64,000 nt of DNA, from NCBI GenBank assembly GCA_965216295.1, contig OZ244141.1:4864-68863 (forward strand), in the 5' to 3' direction. Shown one piece after another: positions 44,901 through 50,428 of the stretch (its first letter is position 1; each line of letters starts with the position of its first letter). A model generated the notes under the pieces. The model was not told the DNA's origin and did no database searches. It was given only the letters and a program-made list of their open reading frames with translations. The DNA is from Minisyncoccota bacterium (GTDB lineage: Bacteria; Patescibacteriota; Minisyncoccia; Phycocordibacterales; JABAAK01). The translations under genes were made by a program, and so were the position numbers.

Positions 44901-47142
44901 TTTCAGAAGTTGAGAGTGCTTCTGTCTCTGAACTATTTCCCGCATCATCTGTTGCGGTGACATGTATTGTATTAAGTGTTCCCCTAGCTGAGAATGATAC
45001 ATCAGCTTTTTGTACGTCTATAGTGTATTCTTTACCATCAGTACAAGAGTCGCCACTTGCTAGTGCTGTATCTGATATGGGATCAGCATCCCCATCAATA
45101 TATATATTAATTGTTGAATCTGCCTCTGCACATCCAGTAAAAGTCAAAGTATTCGAAGCTTGTGTGTAGTTATCAGAGTCACCCCCTGCAAGTCCTTCCC
45201 TTGATGTATCGGTTGTAAGACTTATACTTGGAGCTGCTGGTGTCACAGTGTCTACTGTAATATTTTTGCTTCCGTATGCTATGTTTCCACTTGCCGTTTC
45301 TGTCCCTCTGATACAAATTGTTTTCTCTCCTTCTGACAATCTTGAGTCTTTGTTTTGTATAACATCAGCTGTAAATGTTGTTGTTGCATCACACGTAGCA
45401 TCAAAACCATCTATAACAGCAGATGAAAATGTAAAACCTTCAGAGAGTTCAAACAAAGAAAAAGCGTTATCATCTTTACCCACTTTATTTAAATAATAAC
45501 TCCCATTGTTTTCGTATAGATTAGATGAAAGTGAAATTGTAAAATCAGATGCCGTTGTTTGTTTAGCAAAACGAACTTTTTCATCTACCGTGTTGCCTGC
45601 TGCATCAGTTGCTCTTGCACAGATTTGATAAGTACCATCATTCTCTGATTCAAAACTTGATATGAGGGGTGCTGCATCTTTTGTGATGCTGCTTGCACAA
45701 GGTGTATTTCCAGAAGAGATGAGTCCAACTGCAGTTGAATATTTTACTGTTGCAGCATTGGTGTCTGTTGCGGTTATTGAGAACACAGGATTGCCCCCTG
45801 AGTTTGCAAGTGTTGTTGTTGTAATGGCAGGAGTAGTTCCAGATGTGAGAGCTGAATCAAAGGTGGGTGTACCAAATGTAGGATCGGTCTTGTCTATCGT
45901 GACAGATGTTCCATTAAGAGAAAAAGATGTCCAATTCTGAGTCCCCATTTTGTTTGATGGTGTTGCTGTATCCCCAAAACCAGATACAGTAAAATCGTTA
46001 ATAGTAAGTAGTTTCTCATCCCCATCCTCAATAGTAGTCCCATCATCACCACCAATCACATATGTAGCTAAAACAGTGTTTCCGGTGATATCTTTGGAAA
46101 AGGCTGGTTCTGCCAAAAAATACGCGATTGCATTATCATTAAAAGCGAGGGTTTCATCAAAGGTTATTAGTACTTCGATGGTGTCACCGTCGTTTGCATA
46201 TCTGTTATTCCCAGATGATGGCAGACAACCCGTACACCCAGTAATTTCTACACCAGTTACTGTCGGTGGAGTGGTGTCTGCTGCTTGTGGTACTGCATAT
46301 GCCAAAGGGGTACCGTAAGTGCCTGGAAGTGATGATTCATCTTCAACTAATGAATAACTAAAAGTATAATCTTCTCCCGAAGATAAATCTACTGTTGGGC
46401 GTAAAAATAATTTCGTATCTGTAGGCTTGTAACCTTTTATTATAGTTGGTGATGAAGATACAAGAAATTTTACTGTCCAATCACTTTGCACTGCCACCTT
46501 GTTTTCTTCTGTAATGTCAGGACTTCCGTCAATGTTGTAATCAGTATATGTTCCATCAGATTTCACCACCCTTGTTGGGAGGTTCGCATCATTTTCACCT
46601 TGCACACTTGTTAAGACCCAATTTTCTTTAAGATTAAATTGAACAATAACACGGGCAGTAGCAAAAGGGAGCACATAGGTAAGTGCATTAAAATTACCAC
46701 AGGCAACGGTGCCTTCACCTCCAAGAGTAATATTGGGTTGCAAAAATCCTGTCTTACACTCCTCTGTGTCATCACTCACCAGCGCAACACTAGCGGGCAC
46801 TGGAATAGCACCGTGAGTATAACCAGTTACTTTTGTAAGAATATTCTGAATAACTGTTGCAAAATCTGAACTGCCAGATGCTTCCCATTCTGTATCTTGC
46901 TGGGCAATTCCTACGAAAGATTGAACTGCAAAAAAATCACCCGGTTGACCCGTAATACTTATCACAGGTCTTGCCGGGTTTGTGTCATCCTCAAGGATAG
47001 GAACAGATGTTGTACCAACTGCAAACACAATCTGAATAAAAAGGAAGGTGCAGAAAACTACCAACAAACTCGCAATCACTTTTGGAACAAGTGACGTTAT
47101 AAGTTTTGACAAACCTTTAGGTAATAAAATTTTTTCCTGCAT
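35995..47142 (-). CDS. Giant secreted/surface protein of 3715 aa. It contains an internal tandem duplication of about 455 aa and the shared C-terminal peptidoglycan-binding module.
   Basis: Signal peptide LLVVFCTFLFIQIVFAVG. Duplicated block SSLISDFSVVADEDTGVSNNDRITNVVSPDLQGVTLPNTPARVIH ... ICFKATDAAGNIGY(K/R)NSKRA. C-terminal VDNQAPTVSV..PG-binding..ITMLRKAINALLERITTLR. Confidence 0.8.
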   Translation of the reverse strand: MQEKILLPKGLSKLITSLVPKVIASLLVVFCTFLFIQIVFAVGTTSVPILEDDTNPARPVISITGQPGDFFAVQSFVGIAQQDTEWEASGSSDFATVIQNILTKVTGYTHGAIPVPASVALVSDDTEECKTGFLQPNITLGGEGTVACGNFNALTYVLPFATARVIVQFNLKENWVLTSVQGENDANLPTRVVKSDGTYTDYNIDGSPDITEENKVAVQSDWTVKFLVSSSPTIIKGYKPTDTKLFLRPTVDLSSGEDYTFSYSLVEDESSLPGTYGTPLAYAVPQAADTTPPTVTGVEITGCTGCLPSSGNNRYANDGDTIEVLITFDETLAFNDNAIAYFLAEPAFSKDITGNTVLATYVIGGDDGTTIEDGDEKLLTINDFTVSGFGDTATPSNKMGTQNWTSFSLNGTSVTIDKTDPTFGTPTFDSALTSGTTPAITTTTLANSGGNPVFSITATDTNAATVKYSTAVGLISSGNTPCASSITKDAAPLISSFESENDGTYQICARATDAAGNTVDEKVRFAKQTTASDFTISLSSNLYENNGSYYLNKVGKDDNAFSLFELSEGFTFSSAVIDGFDATCDATTTFTADVIQNKDSRLSEGEKTICIRGTETASGNIAYGSKNITVDTVTPAAPSISLTTDTSREGLAGGDSDNYTQASNTLTFTGCAEADSTINIYIDGDADPISDTALASGDSCTDGKEYTIDVQKADVSFSARGTLNTIHVTATDDAGNSSETEALSTSENIVSDSRYYSNCNAALINALSHITNGTEPTQYNLNCSTRVGSKNLQGDNRFFAKLTFTRRLTLTSLGDDKMKLRIGDDLYGSESTELSLPVTVESGTTVFIYFIKNGNIQGYLAPDTVVSQIGIGVTIDSGVKTSPVPATTLTSDSGTSGDNKTNSNRPTFTVTNVEKYSVVSTYATKAGTTILISETLQGSTDGNVNVAFGNDVPSYVFNSNDSVSNAVLADGSYVITHHIEDKAGNKTTQSLGNLTITIDTTAPTGHQFDTAGSDAMPTHVNIDNQSAYTLRVENIAADAASLAYTVTDSSNVAVSGTITSFGNGVASKDLDLSTLTDGSLTFSITITDNAENTSQSVTHTVTKDTAAPAAPSIDLDSASDTFREGLAGGDSDNYTQDLSAGLTFIGCAETGSTIKIYIGTSASSISTTTTADGSGCTGGGNEYTITVPQSDTDSSVEGTLNTIQATATDDAGNESEIVEVFDTSSGQNIITNIRGDYGICKWTLSNKVRDCSDRGIYPSSSTLTETIFRLSFKKDYTITESNYPLTINSVLYPVGIYPTPLLVTKGTVILINTTNFKAVVIKAVEEYIQPPTFDVTVDSGVKAPESSVITLASGSDSGTQGDNKTNDTTPGFTIVNVEKNSAVTTYIWVDGNSNNNVERGELTELSKVISGPVDGTTDAVFGNGNAFTDGTYKIRFQIEDKAGNKSGYLGDLTITIDTVAPAAPRIPDLAAEDDSFGKYENEFRVGTDDDNITKKTRDLSFALTPSDGDDIDKHQLLFYELPEGVIATLTPIQNAPADPHTTVSAHIYGSNNLFKDKNTESDGTRDVEAYSTVGINGDEKNIEKDFYFVALQVDDAGNVSDFSEILTLSIDTQAPQPWSEDLNLNPDSDSCRTPETSQCRDKQTSKTDITFISSGKSETTTDLNFGVDYYYILFHQLVEDSVNGFQTVEGDDWFLPSKEGSQTQQITTTPSGNGLNIQIPSVSLGVDRPYNTWYRVGAYVVDYAGNVRAGSDTTNIKVLEAPPIPENIDLSSDDDTAGVADDDNITSDNDVWTISGEFPKTQGEKNFDIETTVTLVQISIGYPTTDGTSNVRTVDIPKPDDGWASTGSGDDTIYQFSEAISLNENGFVGIDGAYEIRARTFNASGEEGASSDALNVTLDTIVPVAEDLLTFKYAYNKIVENNSNTQHTFTASRNDASDVRDIEIVRINDDDTESNIYNEGNYVFNASNIFNGSYTTLGDLPLTIGYKLVDAAGNISDLIILPIVPVEISIYDVEGDATQYVAVDDTSSSTILKKSEGCVSDGYDSYTEGTVVNISEATVCFQSSLTEGRYETNSYQTSSNAESSLIPDFSVVADEDTGVSNNDRITNVVSPDLQGVTLPNTPARVIHDGYQSVYNEVFTGGINALGNNNRHTGYSDSISGTDKTGFGIAPASGTSFTLGEGTSEESNVVIKTITYIFDDTEASVQGIAYQFNIDTYTFFNKKAYIRITNEESGKSYDVKSWTGIGNTGSITGVEFTRIAELKEPIEPGSSITKGQAFFTGQFRVEVFEKAKTEIYNGTADDNGLINIPATELQEGVNNFLGYVTIDGSEIGPTTLPTITLDTKSPAVPEFTPSALLTGTTTKYLNGANIYSTGTPASLGSVTAVTGVSNNYALVDATTECDSSVIDYTEEITNDNAGLIDGDKKICVKNSDIAGNTVYGSTNITVDTTAPEITIIKVGQDSSSNDEFIAVANDLTSTTIQSFQTDEANSAAAENCSAQGYSSSYTSYTGGTISTNNQICFKATDAAGNIGYKNSKRASSLISDFSVVADEDTGVSNNDRITNVVSPDLQGVTLPNTPARVIHQSVYGGVITSGGQTGDNNKHTGYSKNNLRVSNLGEAPGGIISFTLGKGTSEEKNVVIETITYLFNTLTALEINGIAYRFNIGTDAFFEKAYIRITNEESGKSYDVKGWSTSGNFGSTTGVEFTRIAELREPIEPGSSITKGQALFTGKFKVDVFEKNETEVYNGTTDDNGLINIPSTELHEGINTFSGYITIDGSEIGPTTLPTITLDTKSPAISKFTPSALLTGTTTKYLNGANIYSTGTPASLGSVTAVTGVSNNYAIVDATTECDSSVIDYTEEITNDNVGLIDGDKKICVKNSDIAGNTAYSTSNSFLFTVDITTPNITIIKVGNDTFAATVSDLTPTTIQSFQTDKANSAAAENCSAQGYSSSYTSYTGGTISTNNQICFKATDAAGNIGYRNSKRAIEGIASITIDDSAPGTSRDDKRYTKANSVTFKGQTSPNTEVKLYIALEGNTDWSESNALHVLTTNSGTDGSFVSESVSLSSGDYDVAGSIKPSADSPHTTVVKVFDLVIDNSAPVIRITSFTIPAIRVQAEEYVRLSVTGLCGTNTPLSDFLTGSKTITLTSSNGSALEDGFVYNNCAVQAEDYAGNVASTSIGTFTVDTTAPVQTGFPFVQSGVTKRLSFTVTDANELQIINNNAANTRIQNTFTREVAVPSAAEVGTRSTGLFVADLSGNSIELLVRVDNQAPTVSVREQFNVSNKRKPYLEVTVARNQASVFATEEEILTPVFAGKCSDFSVIEGQYISTSNDSADYTITINSPSSETYDDCTIQFTDEAGNLSNAITLDSFRIASSGGSGGGNGSRSIKAPEIVTNGDEVTETPVEEEVVTDKAPALPTTQETLLFTKPLKLGDEEKEVKQLQQFLNNQGFTVTDQGAGSPGQETEYFGPATKRALEQYQEAYKEEILTPLGLSAPTGVLGPATIQHIQEQTEQPIPEEEVIIIQPDRGDTTTGTITMLRKAINALLERITTLRTQKQEDVDERERQVEIEKQAVIETERREEFDRFIDLNIDSAFRYPDSLSAPSIQVSTPPLPIEVPKPAERKVEEKRQPVVQPTQGTILQESTTQSTNLPSRVFSAPEAYFTNGNAPTSSQDDVPQEKDQKVENQQSGGGGFQGSFFPRVEVERDALRFNGEGF
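35998..37355 (-). repeat. Copy 2 of the conserved C-terminal anchoring module.
   Basis: Same as above. It differs from copy 1 by small in-frame indels (ERERQRERQ versus ERERQ; PIPPLPIEV versus PIEV). Confidence 0.7.
38190..40930 (-). repeat. Intragenic tandem duplication inside the 3715-aa gene: two units of about 1.37 kb at roughly 85-90% identity.
   Basis: For example 38161-38340 and 39540-39700 are nearly identical (atttctgtatcctatatttcctgctgcatcagttgccttgaaacatatttgattgttggtagatatggtgccaccagtatatgaagtatatgaggatgagtaaccttgagcagaacaattttcagcagcggcactgttggct). Confidence 0.65.
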
Positions 47143-47198
47143 ACTATTCTCTATAGAAAGAATACCATATAACCTGTGCGTATTTTGTATATATTAAC

Positions 47199-47930
47199 TT
47201 AATCAATATATTGTAATATTTCAAGATCAACCAACGCATTCAATTCATCTTGGCTGGCTTTTCTAGAGAATATTTTTGAGAAAAACCTTACAAATGACAC
47301 TTTTAATGAGCTTTTTGCCACCTCCCCGTCTTTTAAGACATATTTCTCTATACCGTCCTTGTTTTTAAGAACCAATGATTTTGTTTGGTTATCAACATAT
47401 ACTCTCATTTCTGTATAACCAAACAGTATTGGCGTCTCAACAGTTACCGCACCACTTTCTTTGTCTACAAACACTTTTATATCTTTACTACCCTTTCTGA
47501 TAACAGCATGACCATCACGAAATGAAACATTCTGATCATCAAGGAGTGACCTGTATTCCTGAGAAACCAAAACACCTTTATTGAATTGACTCAAAGTCTT
47601 TTCGGTAACAATCGACGCCACATCCCCATCTTTGTTGTAAAAAATCTCAGTACCGTTTACCTTTTTTTCAAACACCCTTTTCCCATCGTCATCAAATGCC
47701 TCTATCCTGCCATCAGGAAAATACCTTTTCTCCAATTTCTGAGAAAAAAACTGCTCTACAACACCTCCCTCTGACCGCACCCATCTTGTGTAGCCATCTG
47801 TCTCAACATACTCACTGGTAGTCGTCAGTTCTGTGGCAACCTCCTCTGGCACCTGAGCATTCGCGGTACCGACAAAAACAAAAGCTGCTACAAAATACAA
47901 GAAAGGTAATATAACCATATATAACTGCAT
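47199..47930 (-). CDS. Hypothetical secreted protein (signal peptide, MORN/YwqK-like short repeats).
   Basis: Signal peptide ILPFLYFVAAFVFVGTANA. Repeated DG..E..DD.GK / Y.KDGD motifs. It lies directly upstream of the giant-gene block on the same strand. Confidence 0.45.
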   Translation of the reverse strand: MQLYMVILPFLYFVAAFVFVGTANAQVPEEVATELTTTSEYVETDGYTRWVRSEGGVVEQFFSQKLEKRYFPDGRIEAFDDDGKRVFEKKVNGTEIFYNKDGDVASIVTEKTLSQFNKGVLVSQEYRSLLDDQNVSFRDGHAVIRKGSKDIKVFVDKESGAVTVETPILFGYTEMRVYVDNQTKSLVLKNKDGIEKYVLKDGEVAKSSLKVSFVRFFSKIFSRKASQDELNALVDLEILQYID

Positions 47931-47992
47931 AGTAACATATAGATATACCCCCTCTTATATCCATTATGTGGAGTATGGTATCAAAAATGAGT

Positions 47993-48649
47993 CTAAATAC
48001 CTGATCCTGAATCCTTTTTCTCACCCAGACTTTTAAGTACTCCAGAGAAAGATTTCCAAATGCTCTTTTTCTCAGAATTATTAAACCACTTTTCTAACAC
48101 ATATTTTTCCTCTGTATCATTGATACGCAGACTGTCTAAGCTAGCTACATCTTTTGCCTTTTGGTACATCTCATCCTTGCTAATATTATTTGCTATTCCC
48201 TTTTTGATATCTTCATAGCTTTTACCAGCCAATTCTAATTCTAACGCCCGGTAAGAAATATAATGAATCAGTACAGCAAATATTGCAGATCTTTTGTTAC
48301 CATCCATCAATCCTTTTGGATCATCCGGTGCATGGCATTTTATTTTTGTAAAAAATAACTCTGCTGCTATATAATCTACCTCTGCTATTCTTGGCTGAAA
48401 ATATGGAAAATTGCAAGATATAGCCCGAAACAACTCTTTCATTGCAGACATCCACTCATCTTTGTCTATAGCAAAAGAAGGTTCTTTTTTTTGACCATGT
48501 TCAAATTCCTTAAACGCGTCATAAAAAACCGTTTCTATAAGTTCAAGCGAAAAGCTTGAATAAAGATCAATATTAGATTTATTCTTTTGACAACTTCCTA
48601 ATAATATCCCCATACGTGTGAAATGCTTTGTTTGCAGCGACTTTTCCAT
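47993..48649 (-). CDS. Fic/Doc-family-like protein (possible Doc-type toxin).
   Basis: Motif HAPDDPKGLMDGNKRSAIFAVL resembles the Doc core H.F.(D/N)(A/G)NKR(T/S)A, though with an insertion. An overlapping 51-aa ORF (MKNTCNSTRIKDFKSSLTEEQRKNIIKHGKVAANKAFHTYGDIIRKLSKE, about 48730-48575) lies upstream in another frame. Confidence 0.3.
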   Translation of the reverse strand: MEKSLQTKHFTRMGILLGSCQKNKSNIDLYSSFSLELIETVFYDAFKEFEHGQKKEPSFAIDKDEWMSAMKELFRAISCNFPYFQPRIAEVDYIAAELFFTKIKCHAPDDPKGLMDGNKRSAIFAVLIHYISYRALELELAGKSYEDIKKGIANNISKDEMYQKAKDVASLDSLRINDTEEKYVLEKWFNNSEKKSIWKSFSGVLKSLGEKKDSGSGI

Positions 48650-48884
48650 GTTTAATTATGTTCTTCCTCTGTTCTTCTGTTAGAGAACTTTTAAAATCTT
48701 TTATACGTGTTGAGTTACATGTGTTTTTCATAACAATATACTACCCACCTATCAATAGCACTACAAACAAAGACTAACTATCAAGTTCATGATAGCACGA
48801 GGAATAGCGTCACACAACCATATAGGATATGTGGTGTAGAGAGCAGATATTGATAGCAAAACCAAAAAAGTAACTCTATTTGTA

Positions 48885-48925
48885 TGTATTTAGGGAATAT
48901 GGGCAATGGGTGGTATAATTGACAT
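48885..48925 (+). promoter_or_regulatory. Candidate promoter for the antitoxin-toxin pair, with an extended -10 (TGgTATAAT at 48911-48919).
   Basis: A TATAAT hexamer with an upstream TG sits about 20 nt before the ATG at 48938. The -35 is weak. Confidence 0.3.
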
Positions 48926-48937
48926 ACAGAAAGTAGT

Positions 48938-49426
48938 ATGACCAAAATAGATACAATCAAGTATCAAAACGCAATTTTGTATTTTATACAACATTGTAAC
49001 AACGAACACCTCGGTGCCACCAAATTAAACAAGTTGGTGTACTACTTAGATTTCTTGCATTACAGAGATGCCGGCAAAACCGTAACGGGAGATATATACA
49101 CGCACAAACAGTATGGTCCTGTTCCTAATTCCATAGATTACATCATTAATCTCCTTCAAAAAGAAGACAAGCTAGCCGTCACTGAAAATCCTTTTAACGA
49201 TGAGAATAGTGGACATCGGAAGAAGTATGAAACAAAAGTAGCCTCTGATACGTCTTGTTTTGATAAAGAGGAATTGAAGCTTTTACAAGGTATCTGCAAA
49301 GCATTCGAACAGTATAATACTCAAACAATTGTTGCCCAGACACACCTGGAAGCCCCTTGGTTTTACTCCAAGCCGCATGAAACTATTGATTATGAATACG
49401 CAAAATCAATAGATGTGAAAGTTTAG
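48938..49426 (+). CDS. DUF4065/Panacea-domain (SocA-like) antitoxin.
   Basis: ATKLNKLVYYLDFLHYRDAGKTVTGDIYTHKQYGPVPNSIDYI matches the Panacea/GepA core. Confidence 0.55.
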   Translation: MTKIDTIKYQNAILYFIQHCNNEHLGATKLNKLVYYLDFLHYRDAGKTVTGDIYTHKQYGPVPNSIDYIINLLQKEDKLAVTENPFNDENSGHRKKYETKVASDTSCFDKEELKLLQGICKAFEQYNTQTIVAQTHLEAPWFYSKPHETIDYEYAKSIDVKV

Positions 49427-49434
49427 TATGTGGT

Positions 49435-49848
49435 ATGTGGGAACCGCAAGAATATAAACAACGACCAGAGTTTCAAAAAACAGTAAAAAAACTAAAATTG
49501 AATCCTGCGGTTGAGAAACATCTTGTAAGTTCCATAGATAATTGGTTGCAGAGTGAACACGATCATTTAATAGCATTACCAACAAAAAAACTTTTATGGC
49601 AATCTAAGGATAAAAACGTAAAAATATTTTGTGTGAAAATACCAAGTCCAGACAGACAATCTGGTAAAAGTGGTGGGTATAGATTAATCGTAATTTATTC
49701 TATTAGTGAATGTGTTGCAGAAGTTGGGAAAATTTTTGACAGAAGAAAGCTCGGCTTTAAAGGCAGTTCTGGTAAAGATGATAGTAACTATGATGAGCAT
49801 ATTGCTGATTTAAAAAAAGAATACACACGCGAGCCCAAAGAGTGTTAA
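49435..49848 (+). CDS. RelE/HigB-superfamily toxin-like protein.
   Basis: 137 aa, with SGKSGGYRLIVIY resembling the HigB/RelE GGYRVIY core. It starts 8 nt after the Panacea ORF. Confidence 0.45.
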   Translation: MWEPQEYKQRPEFQKTVKKLKLNPAVEKHLVSSIDNWLQSEHDHLIALPTKKLLWQSKDKNVKIFCVKIPSPDRQSGKSGGYRLIVIYSISECVAEVGKIFDRRKLGFKGSSGKDDSNYDEHIADLKKEYTREPKEC

Positions 49849-49875
49849 TTCTTTATCAAAACCCAAAGCTTCGCC

Positions 49876-49964
49876 TAAAAAACTGCGGAGAGGGAGGGAT
49901 TCGAACCCTCGGTACGGCGTAAACCGTACACTCGTACTCCAAACGAGCGCCTTCAGCCACTCAG
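49876..49964 (-). tRNA. tRNA-Ser (anticodon GGA).
   Basis: The reverse complement gives GGAGGGGTGGCTGAGTGGCTGAAGGCG CTCGT-TTGGAGT-ACGAG, a long variable arm, GGTTCGAATCC, and a G73 discriminator. Confidence 0.8.
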
Positions 49965-50338
49965 CCACCCCTCCTATGACGATCCAGAAAAGACTGCAGA
50001 ATAACTGCCGCTGCCTCTGCGTCAGTACCTCGACCAAGTCGCTTAGTCTGTTTGGTTGAATAATACTCTGGTTCGTAATGTACTACCAACCCTTGTTTTT
50101 CTAAGCTAGAGACAATCTTATGGATAACTATCATAACCTTGTTCTTCTCCCCTTTCAGGTTGTACGACTCACCAACAACAACCTCACTAATGGCACGCTC
50201 TTTGCAGTACGCGAGTATAGCATCTTCAACGGTTTCTGTGAGATGGGTAGCAACAGGAAAGGCAACCGTACCACCGTCGTCAGAGACGGCAATGCCTGTC
50301 TTTTTTGTACCAACGTCAATACCAAGATATTTTTTCAT
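49961..50338 (-). CDS. ruvX: YqgF/RuvX family Holliday-junction resolvase-like nuclease (pre-16S rRNA nuclease).
   Basis: MKKYLGIDVGTKKTGIAVSD N-terminus and a C-terminal ...GTDAEAAAVILQSFL. The start is set at ATG 50338 because the upstream extension would overlap tRNA-Pro. Confidence 0.8.
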   Translation of the reverse strand: MKKYLGIDVGTKKTGIAVSDDGGTVAFPVATHLTETVEDAILAYCKERAISEVVVGESYNLKGEKNKVMIVIHKIVSSLEKQGLVVHYEPEYYSTKQTKRLGRGTDAEAAAVILQSFLDRHRRGG

Positions 50339-50344
50339 ATACTG

Positions 50345-50415
50345 TCGGACCGCCGAGAATCGAACTCGGACCACGCGCACCCGAAGCGCGTACACTACCA
50401 CTATGCTACGGTCCG
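50345..50415 (-). tRNA. tRNA-Pro (anticodon CGG).
   Basis: The reverse complement gives CGGACCG..., anticodon stem-loop CGCGC-TTCGGGT-GCGCG, T arm CCGAG-TTCGATT-CTCGG, acceptor CGGTCCG plus A. Confidence 0.7.
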
Positions 50416-50428
50416 TGCAAAATCACTA

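Noticed and set aside
17751-46318. Numerous long plus-strand ORFs inside the giant genes (for example 18586..19311, 28398..28772, 32043..32510, 42611..43297, 45950..46318). They include a thrice-repeated set: 17751..17972, 23906..24274 and 36325..36678.
   Set aside because: They are antisense to continuous 6-12 kb minus-strand ORFs that have clear protein-domain structure. Their recurrence simply mirrors the repeated C-terminal module. Low-complexity Thr/Ser/Gly codon usage keeps the antisense frames open.
17496-47142. Possibility of a CRISPR array or a diversity-generating retroelement associated with the repeats.
   Set aside because: The repeats are long (0.5-1.4 kb) coding units with no short repeat-spacer periodicity. 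No reverse-transcriptase ORF and no template/variable repeat pair with adenine-specific differences was seen.
49810-50037. 75-aa minus-strand ORF.
   Set aside because: It overlaps tRNA-Ser and the 3' end of ruvX.
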